From the NCBI GenBank assembly GCA_028023455.1, contig JAQFVV010000004.1, positions 17,174,001 through 17,238,000 of the forward strand: a stretch of DNA of 64,000 nucleotides, written 5' to 3'. A program made the translations under genes and the position numbers. This DNA is from Epiperipatus broadwayi. Lineage: Eukaryota; Animalia; Onychophora. The notes below the pieces were generated by a model. It was not told the origin of the DNA, ran no database searches, and saw only the letters and a list, made by a program, of their open reading frames with translations. Positions 37,801 through 49,889 of the stretch are shown here, in pieces (position 1 is the stretch's first letter; the number at the start of each line of letters is the position of its first letter).

Positions 37801-39579
37801 TTTCCCGCCCAAGATATACACAGACCACAGAGGAAAATCTACTGAATATGTTTGATGGATCCGCACATTCCTAGATAAGGCGCTTCAGGACTATAAAAGG
37901 AAAAATTCAAAAGAATTAATTAGAAGATTAGAATTCTGAATTCGTTTGTCGTTGCTGAAAAGTTAAAAGTTATTGTTGCCGTTACCAAAAATGTAATCTG
38001 TTTTAATCATGCTTCCCTCGGTTCGGCCGGCCTAAGGCAGCCTCTATCTCCACGGATCTCAGGATCGAACCATTGGAACCGTCTTCATAAAGCGTCACAA
38101 GTCTTGCATAAATCATCATCGTCTGCAAAAAATGGCCCTTGCATAAATTCAAATCTTCATTGCGAAGGAACGAGCCCAGAGAAAGGAAAGTATAAATTAT
38201 AAATGATAAAAATGAAATATAACCTCTCTCTAATTTAAAATCTTTGAACTTTATTTTCCTTTAAATATGAACTATAGACTTTCTCCTGATCAAACCTGAA
38301 CTTTATTTTTTATAAACTTGACAATTTTAAAATTCTTAGCTAAAGTTTAAACATAATCTTTTAAAAATATGTTATAATTTTTTTATTTATGCTTAGTATA
38401 AGTCTGTTTGTAATAGGGCAGGAGTTTGTGATTGCAAACGAATTTAAAGATAAAATCAAACACATCATTATTTGTGCATTATTAGATTTTAAAAATAGGT
38501 CAAATATATTATTTGTGGTGAAAAAAAAATAAGTTGAATACAATGTGCCATTTTAAAATAAGTTAAAAACCTTAAACTAAAGATTTTTTTTTAAATTATT
38601 AAATTGACTTAAATTTAAGTTGAGTGTAGATAGCTGCTTAGACTCAGTTTAGGTATATGTTAGTTTAAAGGGGTTTTGATTTCGGACTATTTGTTTCGTA
38701 GCTATGTCAGTGCTGGTGGAGAGATATATGGATGTTTATATCAATGTAACGTGAAGTGTGATAGCATTTAGGGCAACGTGCCCAACTGAATGCATGATCC
38801 CAAAGGAGTAGTCATGGCGTTGAAATGGATGTGGAGTACTTCCCACGACATTGACCCCTTTCAGCTCTATGGATAGGGACCATAAGTCGGCACGATAGAC
38901 CGCTCTCCCATCCATACGTAGCGTTTTCTCTTTATTGTTTTATATGCATGATTCCTTCGCCAGATAGACGTACATTCCTGTACTGGTCGAAGGTCCTGTT
39001 CTTCATATAATATCACGTCGTCAGGTGCACATTCCTGTCAGCGTGGTTCTGTGCTAACATGTTCACATTGCATTGGCTGCGGATATATATTGGGAAGCGA
39101 GCATTGGGGTGGCTGCGGACTTTTAACTTGGAGTCAAATGTTTTGAAAATCTTTTAAGTGCGTCGTCTAGGTAGCCTGTATGCTCAATATTCTAAGATTA
39201 GAATTTAAAGTAAAAAAAAAGTAAATAAATAATGAAACATAAAGCATAATTTTTTTTTTATAGTAATTATTTTTCAAGTTTGTGTGTTGTCACCTATATA
39301 TACGTGAATAAAATCTTTTGTGTTATTAGTACTGGCAATGATCTAGTTTTTTATTTTATTTTAATCTTTATTAAAAATATATTTTAATAAATATGTTTTA
39401 AACCTCTGCTATTCTATGAGCTAGTGGCAAGGCCTTACAGTCAATAAAATAAAAAAAATTGGATCTTTAACAGCGCATATCTGCCTACTGTATAAATTTT
39501 CCAGGTTCAAATAGCCTGATGGCGCCCTGTACGGCAGATATGGTAAGACATAAACTTCCACTAACACCCGACCGTTATA
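34874..39579 (+). mobile_element. Non-autonomous LTR element: LTR1 34874-36997, 449-bp internal region, LTR2 37447-39579; 4-bp TSD CAAT
   Basis: Two ~2.13-kb direct repeats each run TGTAAC(A/G)GG...CCGTTATA. CAAT flanks the whole unit (34870-34873, 39580-39583) but not the individual repeats. TATAAAAG at 35316 and AATAAA near the 3' end. A degenerate tRNA-Lys-like PBS (TGTTCACCCAACCTGG) follows LTR1. Confidence 0.75.
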
Positions 39580-40327
39580 CAATATTGGATATCACACTAA
39601 AAGAAAACATACAACCATTTATTATTATTATTTTCTCTCTTCATTTTTTTTTCTTCAATACATACATTCCACTTAATATAAATGATAAACTGACATCCAT
39701 GTGTTGATATAATTACAGATTAAACATGAACATCAAAATTAAATGTAAAATTGGCTATTTGTCCATTGTAATAATTGTTAAGGTAATAATTTAATGATTA
39801 CTTAATGATATTGGTTCTTATGTAATGTATCTCGTATAACTTCTTTAATGACTGGCCTCTATAGAGATTACCAAAACTGACTTAATCTATATCCTATCTT
39901 AGTTTTTCCAATGCATCTCACCAAATCGCATACAAAAGACATTTCACCTCCAAACCCCCAAATTTCCTAAACACTTAACACACAATGAAATGGACCCATC
40001 AAATTTTAATCATATTCCTATTTATAATTTTCCATGAAAAAAAATATAAGCTTACAATATATATATTTAAATGTTCAAAATTTAATGGGAATACTCTATA
40101 TTTGTATAAATAATTTTTCACTTTCAATGTATTGAAACAAAATATCAATTGAGGACATTGCAATCTGAAATAATACCATGTAGTAAATTTTTATCTGAAA
40201 TATTATGAGCTAATAGTGAATTCCACTTTTAGCTAGGATTCAAGATTTTATAAGGATCACAAATCAGACTATAACGTTTATATATGTGGAGATTGAAAAT
40301 ACAATAAATATCTAATAACTGAAGCAC

Positions 40328-40680
40328 ACAGGCTTATTATATACCTGTGTCTATATATGTAATATATAGGGTATGTGAGCACAGACTTTCACATGACCTA
40401 CCACTCTCCACACTATCTCATAACACTGATACATTTGAACACATATATGTTGAAAAGATAAATAATCACCAATATACGTATTTCATGCTAAACCAACAAT
40501 CATCAGTTGGTCCAGATTACCATCTCTACTCATATAAGCTATAAGTGCTCAGATATATCTTAAGGTAGACAAACTTCTTACTTTAATGGACAGGCTTCAA
40601 TCTACTCTACACTTCAACTCTTCAACTGTCCATCCAATTGAAAATCTGATGATGGGATGCTCGAAGGCCGTATAGATGAG
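40328..40680 (-). mobile_element. Hammerhead/B-box repeat family, copy d
   Basis: More diverged copy with a decayed B-box. It shares the terminal acaggctta...tatatatgtaatatat segment with copy b. Confidence 0.75.
40468..40511 (-). ncRNA. Minimal type I hammerhead motif, copy d (perfect stem I and palindromic stem III)
   Basis: ACCAA-CTGATGA-TTGTT ggttt AGCAT-GAA-ATACGTAT-A-TTGGT. Confidence 0.7.
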
Positions 40681-40693
40681 AAATTATTATATA

Positions 40694-42792
40694 CAGACAG
40701 TCCCCTAGTTACAAACTTAATTGGTTCCTGACGTGTGTTTGGAAGTTGAAATTGTTTGTAAGTAGAGGTCTGTAAAAAAAACATCAAAAAGGGTTTTCAA
40801 AATAACAGTATTTTTTATTGATTAGTATCTGGAGTTTTGTTTACAAATTTATCAAGAGTTAATTGAATTGTATTCTTTTTTTTCTCTTGATAAAGAATTC
40901 TGAAACATTCTGTGTCTTTTTCTATTTACTTTCATACACAAAATATACGCTCTCTATTGGGATCACATTCTTCCATGATGGTCAAAAATTTGTTAAAATG
41001 CATGAAGACTTCATTCATATTCTTGATTGTCAAACTCTTAACAATAAGTTCATTATCAGGTTCTTTTTCATTTTGTATTTCATTCATCTCTTGTAGTTTA
41101 ATCAAGTCTTCATTTGACAGAGGTTCTGAGTGAGATTGCATTAACTCATCAATATCTTTATCAGTGACATCTAAATTTAATTCATTCATTATATTGACTA
41201 TTTTAGTTATGATGTCTTCAGGAGTTTCTTCAGTGTCCATAGAAAGAGTCATCATTTGTGGATATATTTTTTTCCAACAACCTTTCATTATTGACTCTTA
41301 TTTCAGCCCACGCATCCCCAATAATATTTATTGCATTCCATATATTATAACTTTTCCAAAAATCTCTTATTGTAGGTCCACCTTCTTTGTCAATTGCCTT
41401 GATTGCTTGAGTCATTAATCCTCTTATATAATACTGCTTAAAAGTAACAATCACAGTTTAGTCCATGGGTTGTATTTCACTTGTGGTATTGGGAGGGATA
41501 AACACAACATTAACATCTGGATATAAATTTTACAGGGATTTTGGATGTCCAGGTGTATTGTCTAAGAGCAGTAGTGTTTTAAATGGTAAATTATTCTCAC
41601 TACAATATTGCCTAACAGAAGACACAAAATGATGTGAGAACCAATCTTGAAAAAGCTGTGCAGTAGCCCAGGCTTTAAGATTTGATTTCTAGGATTTTCT
41701 GTCTGATAAATTAGCATAGGCTTCAATTTAAAATACCAGCTAAATTACCTCCAAGAAACAGTGTTAGTCTGTTTTTAGAAAGTTTATGCCCAGGTGCAAC
41801 TTATTCTTCCTTTGCTAAATATGTACATCCATGCATCTTTTTCCAAAATAATCCTATCTCATCTACATTAAAGATTAGGCATCTTTAATGATATTAGAGA
41901 AAGTGGAAATAAAGTCACTGGCAGCTTTCTCATCTGCACTGCACTTTCCTCAGTACATTTAATATTATCCAAAGAATATCTCATTTTAAATTTGTGAAAC
42001 CAGACATTGCTTGCTACAAAATCAACAGCAGAGTATTCTTCTAATTCTTTCTTCCAATCTTCATGCAAACTAAGAGCCTTAGCTTGAATAATTTATAAAC
42101 TCACTGGTATGCCTTTTTGATGTTGATCTTCAATCCATAAAGCCAAAGATTTCATCCATTACTCTGCCATGTCTCTGAAACAATCTTTGAAGAAATATTT
42201 CCACAATTTTTAACATATTCCTTAATTTTGTTCTTGGTTTTCCACAATTGTATATATTGTGGATTGGTTTAAGTTACATGAATGTGCGATTGAAGCAAAA
42301 GATTCACCATTTTCAGAACATCTAATTATATCCATTTTTGTCTTGATGGGGTTTATGAGATCTTTATCTCTTTTTAGTTGTATCAACATTGCTGTTTTTT
42401 TGTTTTTCACTCATGTTTTTAATTAATAAGAATGAAAAAAATTCACCAAAATAGAAATATATACAGTATATATGTAATGTAATCGTGCACAAACTACTTT
42501 TAAAAATAAGCAGTAATCAATACAGTCTGTGACGATGCTAAAAATAAAAGTAATCAATGTCAGAGAGATGAGAAGATTTACTGTATTTTATATAGGTTTT
42601 TATTGTTCTCTAAAATATACTTTTAATTATTTTCTAAATTCCAAAGTTTATTTTTCTTTAGAAAAAATTCAATTACGAATGTATGTAAAAGTTTTTTTTA
42701 TCATGTGCATAGATAAAGATCTAAAGTCCAAAAGCGATTACATAATAGCGAAATGTTTGTAACCCGAATGATCGTAACTAGGGGTCTTCCTG
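40694..42792 (-). mobile_element. Tigger/pogo (TIGD1-like) DNA transposon, full length, decayed
   Basis: TIRs CAGACAGTCCCCTAGTTAC / CAGGAAGACCCCTAGTTAC with TA TSDs. Fragments of HTH-psq (KMDIIRCSENGESFASIA), CENP-B HTH (FVASNVWFHKFKMRY) and DDE_1 (LLLDNTPGHP, PPNTTSEIQPMD) with stops and frameshifts. Confidence 0.9.
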
Positions 42793-42972
42793 TATATGTG
42801 ATATATTCATTTTTAACTATATGTTATTATTTATACTATATTATTATAAAGAAAATTAATTTTATAATAAGTACTAATGGAAGCAGTTATTTAAACAATT
42901 TACTGTATGAAATATTCAACATTAGAGAAAATAAACAAAAGTTTAAAAGGATTATGCATCAACTTAAATAGC

Positions 42973-43110
42973 TAGCCTCAGCATAGCCAAAGCCATAAAG
43001 GTAAAATTATAATTATCAGTAAAGCAAGTCATATATAATGTGACATTGCTTTTATAAGCTTGTATTTACAGAAATATAATACCTTTATGACTTTGGCTAT
43101 GCTGAGGCTA
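42973..43110. repeat. Small TA-flanked hairpin MITE (31-bp TIRs plus inner palindrome)
   Basis: TAGCCTCAGCATAGCCAAAGCCATAAAGGTA / TACCTTTATGACTTTGGCTATGCTGAGGCTA (1 mismatch); inner aagcaa-gtca...tgac-a-ttgctt. Confidence 0.8.
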
Positions 43111-43287
43111 TTAATATATGGTAGATCTGAATTTGGTTCTGTCCCATATAGTTATTTAAGTTAGATAACTGGAGTAAAAGACATTTTCATGTCCAAAAAC
43201 TTGAGAGTTTCTATTTAAATATTATGTATGAAATAAGTGCTGGTTTTTGAGTTGATATTTTAGATCTAGAGTCTGAATATTCTAGCT

Positions 43288-43331
43288 CCTCACTGAGGTG
43301 AGCCATAAGCTCGAAATCAATTGGTTTGGGG
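43288..43331 (+). ncRNA. Minimal type I hammerhead-like motif of a third family (A9 missing or changed)
   Basis: CCTCA-CTGAGGT-GAGC cataa GCTC-GAA-ATC aatt GGT-T-TGGGG. All three stems close; the upstream KLESFYLN-like remnant suggests a Penelope 3' end. Confidence 0.55.
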
Positions 43332-45059
43332 ATAAGAGTATTTCGGATAGAGATTTTAAATGTTTTCTCTTATCGCACTTATCAATTAAAAGCTTGTTTG
43401 AGCTATTGGTATGTTCTCTGTATTAAACTTATAAGTGCATTACTTCCAATTTTGAATCTTAGTCCTCTGATGGAAGCAAAAGTTCAAAGTCTGTCTGGTA
43501 ATGGGATATTTTACTCAGGTTTATAGCAGATGACTCTAGAGTAAGATGAAAATTGAATTTGGAAGCATGTGAGAAAATCATGAGATATTGCTGTTTGTAT
43601 CCTGTTAATAAAAAAATAAAATATTGTTTTTCATAGTCTTTTCTGTTTTGTGATTACCCAAAGACTAATTTCCATTCTGCTTGTCATTCTTATATAAAAC
43701 TTTATGTTCAAAGAAATTTTTTTAAATTTTTTACTGTGAATGAGAGCATTTAATAAATGCACACTTTATTAGCTATTGGTTCATTATATATAATAGGTAA
43801 ATACTGAATTATAATTTATGACAATACAAGGCTCTTACTATCATTTGATCAGTTGTATTAAAAACTAACATTACCAGCCACATATCAGAATAATCTTGAA
43901 TCTTATTTATATTAAGCATATTTTATTCTTAAGTCTGAAAGATAAAGTACAAAATTATTAAATATGATATTTTTTGAACTCATTAAGCAAACACATAATC
44001 TGTATTCTGGAAAAGAAGAAATTATAATGTGTCTTTTTTATATATAAATCTTATCATTTATATAAATAAATATATCTATAAAGACTTCTATTTATGAAAT
44101 TAACAATTATGCTTTTACAAATAAGCATATTCTATAGAAAACATATTTAATAATTACGTTTATTTCGTCTTTTCCATTTTTTAATAAATCAAGTAAACTC
44201 CGCATCGTTCATGAATAAGATTCAAGCCTTTTGTAATTAATATTTTTAGGGCTTAGCATAGTTGCTAAAAGGTGGTTCCATTGAAACTAGTCTTAATTCA
44301 AAAATTGGTTACTTTATATTGCATATTATATTTTAGTTAAATAATGAGTCAAAAGAGAGTAAATATTCTCATTTATAGTAGGCAAAGAAGAAATTTTATT
44401 TTTATTTAGATCTTTATAATGAAATTGAGGAATATGAAAGTAGGATAGTGGATATAACAAAATAACTTTTATTAAAATAGGATAAGAAAAAAAAGTTATT
44501 ATTGTTTATAATAGTGTGAAAAGGGAGAATGTTTAAATTCTTTAACAGAGTTTGTAGACATATAGATTAAGTACAGAAACATGACTTTTAAGAAATTATT
44601 TTACATAATATCATTAGTAATGTTATAAACATAGCTTTTAATGTATTAATAACATAATTTCTTTTATCTGTATGTTTTACAACTATATTTGAACACATTT
44701 TAATAATACATGCAATGTTTAATAAATATTCACACTGCTTTAGTCAGATGTCTGTTATAATTAAGCCTGTCATCTCCATATGTGCATTGTTTTTGCAAAA
44801 TTGATCCCTGCCTTGAAGTAAATTTCTTCATTTTTTATCTGGAAAGCAAAACGTTTTACATACTTCAGCTCTTCTACAGCTTAGCATTAACAAACCACTG
44901 ATTATCACATGATGTTGGATTAAGCATTACATAACTGGACTGTCTATATATATATGTTTATTGTTAAAAATTAGATAGAATTTATGTGGGGAGGGGGGGT
45001 AGAAATAAAAAGAAGAATAAAAGAAACTGATGATAAATTTTCTTAAATCTGAGGTCATC

Positions 45060-46510
45060 ATTCTCATAAAGATATCCTTTGATGTTAAAGGAAGTTGTTT
45101 TTTAAAATGAATAATGGGAAGGATATTTTGTTTTGCTTAAACAAAAGAAAGTATTAAATGTGAAGAATACACGACAGTAGGTTTATTATCTCATGCTTCT
45201 AAAGTTTTTTTGAGGATTTTAATGCAAAGAATTTATTAAGGGAAAATAGAATATCATATTGGAGAAAAACAGTTTGATTTTCAGAGAGGGAAAAGTAAAA
45301 GAGATGCTATTGATGTTAGGACAATTGCAGAGAGAAATATTGAAAAAGATAACGGAATTTGTATATGATTTGTGGATTTGGAAAAAGCATTTGAAAGAGT
45401 AATGTGGAATAAACTTATGACCATCTTAAAAAATAAAGGAGTATTTTGGAAAGAGGAAAGATGATTTTGAATACATATATTAGGCAAAGGATAAGAATTA
45501 GATTGGAGAATATTAAGACTGATGAAGTGAATATAAAAATAGGAGTTAGGCAAGAATACAATATGTCACCTATTTTTTTAAATATTATTTAGAAGACATG
45601 TTAAATAATTACTTAGATTGTGGAGAAACAAATATTGGAGATAGAATAATAAAATATATAAGATTTGCAGATGATATGGCTTTTATAGCTGAGGATGAAA
45701 AGTGCCTTCAGAATATATTGAATAAATTGGAAAAGTGATGTATAGAATATGGAATAAATATTAATATTGAAAAGACTGTTTATGGATAGGAGGAATGCAA
45801 AAAGACTGCAGATTGAAATTCATGATAACATAGTTCAACATGTAAATGTGAGGATGGAAGAAGTGAAGATGAAGTTAAAGTTAAAAGAAGAATAGCATTG
45901 GCAAAGGAGACATTTATTAAAAAAAAGAAAATATTTTGTGAACCTTTGAAGAGAGAATTAAGGAAAAGATTAATTTAATCCTATTTGTGGATTATACTAT
46001 TGTATGGTTATGAAACATGGACATTGAGTAATAAAATTAGGACCAGATTGGAAGTCTTTAAGATGTGAATGTAGAGAAGAATGGAAAAAGTCAGTCAGAT
46101 GAATAAAATAACAAATGAATAAGTTTTGAAAAGAGTAAATGAAAAAAGAAGATTGGTTAAGGAAATTAATAAGAGAAATTGAAAAAAGAAGATTGGTTAA
46201 GGAAATTAATAAGAGAAATTGGATTGGACATGTATATATAGAAGAAAGTATAATTTAAAAAGAGCAACTGGATTGAACATATATATAGTAGAAAGTATAG
46301 TTTACTGAAAGATGTTTTGGAGGGAATAATGACAGTAGGCAAGAAGAAAGAATGGAAAAGGTTGACATTGTTGAATGTTTAAGAGATGGGGGAAGAGTTA
46401 TATGGAATTGAAGAGCTGAGCAGTGAAGTAAACGGAGTGGGGAAATGGATGAATTGGTAATGTGCCTACTCTCTGGAGTTGTTCATGGAAAAGAATACTA
46501 TTGATGATGA
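45060..46510 (+). mobile_element. RTE-clade LINE, RT and 3' end, decayed
   Basis: LLSHASKV, QFDFREGK, FVDLEKAFERV, GVRQ...MSP, RFADDMAFIAE, NINIEKT, YGYETW, WIGH; gatgatgat tail. Confidence 0.85.
46141..46220. repeat. Perfect tandem duplication, 2 x 40 bp, inside the RTE remnant
   Basis: gaaaaaagaagattggttaaggaaattaataagagaaatt x2. Confidence 0.95.
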
Positions 46511-48014
46511 TATATATGTTGTATGTATCTTGTTGAATTTCACTTGAAAGGGTCTATTTGTTAATAGATGAAACTAGATTGTTATAATTATCTTAGTTAA
46601 AATGTGCACTCTAGAAAATTAAGACAGTATAATAAAATGAATAATAAATGAGGCTGAGATATATTAATTAGATTTATTACAAAATGGATTGATGTCATTT
46701 GATAGACTGCAGGTTGAATAATAATGTTCTTGCAAGAGAGAGAGAAAAAATATTGCAAAGTTAAAAATCATTGTGTATAGATTTAAATTGCACACATAAG
46801 CGAAATGGTCAGCTTAAGTAAAATACTGATTAAAATTAATGTTAGATGTCATCTGATTAGTTATGTTGTGTGTGAAATTCAAGATATATGGAAATTTATG
46901 TATGGGCAGTGTATGAGATAATCTATTCTCTCATGTTAAATGGTTAATTATGATATATGAGGACTATATGTATGGACAGTGTATGAGGATAATTATTTTT
47001 TCACGTCAAATGGTTATTAATCACTTATCGAAAATAAAGTGAACCCTTTACTATTATTTTCATTTATTATTATTCTCATTGTGTCAGTACAAATGAATAA
47101 ACTTTATTTTAATTTTACTTTAATTTTGATGTTTGCCCAGCTGGTATTATTGGAAATACCCTTGAGCACTTAGCAATAACTTTAAGATGTAATTAAATGC
47201 TGTTTTTGTTATTCAAGCATTTCATTCATCTATATATTGTTAGCTCAATAATAGAGGGATTAACTTGAAAACTAATAGGCTTTTGGTTCAATTTTCAACT
47301 ATGAAAGATTGAAAAAAAAAAGTATTGCTACTTAAATGGAGCTACTGCACTTTGCTTGTTATTTTGATACCATTTGATCTCCCAGCTACTGAATTCATGA
47401 TAAATAAAATTAATATTCTAGGATCTTTGATAGATCTTGCTTGATATCTATATTTGATAGTTATTGTTTATTGTCTATTTGAAGTTAGTAAGATTAGTCT
47501 TATTTTTTATTAGATTCATTTGGTTCTCCATGTATAAATTTATTTTTACTGGTCTCATTTATCATAAACATTCAGCATTTAGCAGTATTAAGGATTATAA
47601 TAGAGTGATATTAGACGTCTCAATTAATGTTAAAATGGTTTTGTAACTCATCTTTAATATTGTTACAAACCAAATACAATATTATAATAATTCCATTTCT
47701 TATTTATTCTGCAAAAGTTTTTAATTAATTACCTCATAGAAGATAATATTAATTAAAATTGTAAGAACAAAATGCCATTTTCTATTGTAGATTATAGAAA
47801 CTGTGTAATGGAGAATTAATGATGGCTGTTATTAAAATCTTTTAAAATTGTTTTAGGTTACATATTTTATACATTATTAAGTTGGTACTTTTTTTTTTTT
47901 ATTTTTTAAAGCAAAAAAAAAAAAAGGGTGATTTAAAGCTTATAATATTCAGTATAAATTGTTTACATAATGAATTCTTTTTTTTTTAATAATATTATTT
48001 CTTATTTATTTTAG

Positions 48015-48135
48015 AACTTATGCACTTCGGCGGATAAAGGATGCATTCCGGGAACATAAAAATGAAAACAATTCTACCAAAATTAAATACTTTATTGATA
48101 AAGCAGAAGAAAATTTAGAAATTATTAAAAGACAA
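48015..48135 (+). CDS. LYRM4: LYRM4 exon 2 (121 nt)
   Basis: (R)TYALRRIKDAFREHKNENNSTKIKYFIDKAEENLEIIKRQ. Acceptor ttatttattttag, donor GTATGT. Phase is compatible with exon 1. Confidence 0.95.
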
Positions 48136-49440
48136 GTATGTATTACATTTTTTTAAAGTTATAATTTTAATAAACTCGAATATAGTTTTCAATTTTTTAC
48201 TATAGACTTGATTACTATGATGTGCAATCCTTTTTTCAAATAATTTGTGTCAATGATGAAAATAAGCACAGTTTCCTGATTCAATTTTTAATTAATGTGA
48301 TAGGGGAGGGATCTCAGCATTGAAAAGCTGCACTTGTACCATAGCTTATTTACTGATAGTCACGTATGGACAGATCTTTGTGTTATTATTATAAAGCTAG
48401 GTTTGGGTAAACTATTAAGAACAGTAGCAATAGACAGAAATATTAATGTTGATTGAAATTATTAATGAATAACTTAGATTATTATTATTAAACAATAATT
48501 AAGGACAGAATATGTCATTTTGCATTAAGCATTAGATATTTTTTAGAATAAATCTTTAATGAATATTTAATCATCAGAAGTGAGAAGCCATTACTATTAG
48601 ATTGTTTTGTTTTTTTTTTAACAAAATAAAAATATAGATTCAAATGAAAGAAAAAAACTATATGTGCAGTAAAATATTGTCTTGAGATTATGGTTTGTCA
48701 CTGATTGATGTAAAAAAGCAACATTAGAAAAATAATAGATGTATATGTTTACAACATATTTCTGTTTGGGATTAAAGAAAAGAAATAATGTACACACACA
48801 CAAAAAAAATCTTTATGAGTATCTGAATGAGTGAGATTTATCAATATGTATTAGCTGATGTATCCACCTAACATGGGCATTTTTATATTATGCATTAAAT
48901 TTAAGTTTGTACATAGGCTATAATGTATTGTGAATAAATGAGCGTCATAGAATTGGAGGATATAGAGATCTTAAAGTTTGGCTTTGTTAATTGCTATAGT
49001 TCTGATATCGCTTAAACTACTACAAACACACTACTCAAAGTTTTCCTATCAACAAATTAATTTAAAATGGTTTCTTATGCCTCCAGGTGCATGCAGAAAG
49101 AACACTTTCAAATTGTTTTAAATATTTGATAGAATATTATTATGTACAGCAAATTGATCAATTATTTAATCATGACTTATCTATGTTTAAAGTTTTTATT
49201 AGGACTGACATATCAAATATTGTTTCTCTCAAATGTTCGTCAAATATAGATCTATTTGAATTTTTTGAAGGGATAAAAACAAAGCATTTTACATTTTTTA
49301 CCTATAATTTGGTTAAATTCAATCAAATTAAAAATATTATTATATCCAAATTTTCAATATTTTGGACTCTAGGAGTAGGCCTGCTGGTAAAGCAAGAAAG
49401 TGTAATAGCCTGGAATTTTCTGTGATATTATGCTCTATAT

Positions 49441-49889
49441 CAGGGGTGACCAAATTTTGTGTTCATAAGATCTACTTTTTATTTTAAAAATGTGTTGCGA
49501 TTGACTTGTTGTCATAGGTGTAGTCTAAATGGAGGGAGGTGTGAAATACATATTATTTTTATATATCTCCCTAGTAAAAAATAACAATTATTTAATGGGT
49601 CAAAAAACTCATGTCCGGGGGAATTAAAGCAACACGAGTAATTATTAACAATATTTATTAGTTCAAATTAGCTACATTAAATCAAGATTAAAAATATTAT
49701 TTTCAATAATGATATGGCTTAGTGAACTTCACCTATCTAGAATTTGAAAAAAATTTAGAACAAAAACAAAAATAACAAAAAAAACTTGAAAATCTTGACT
49801 TAATTTGTTTCACTCATTACCCGACAGCTCTTGCCAGATTGGCCTCGCGATCGACTAGTGGATCACGATCGATTTGTTGGACACTCCTG
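49441..49889. mobile_element. hAT (Charlie-like) MITE, 449 bp
   Basis: TIRs CAGGGGTGACCAA / TTGGACACTCCTG; 8-bp TSD ctctatat / ctttatat; subterminal GATCGA repeats. Confidence 0.85.

Noticed and set aside
45689-45714. CTGAGGA-TGAA...TTCA-GAAT hammerhead-like string
   Set aside because: Explained by RT coding sequence (AEDEKCLQN); GAAT instead of GAAA, and no stem I.
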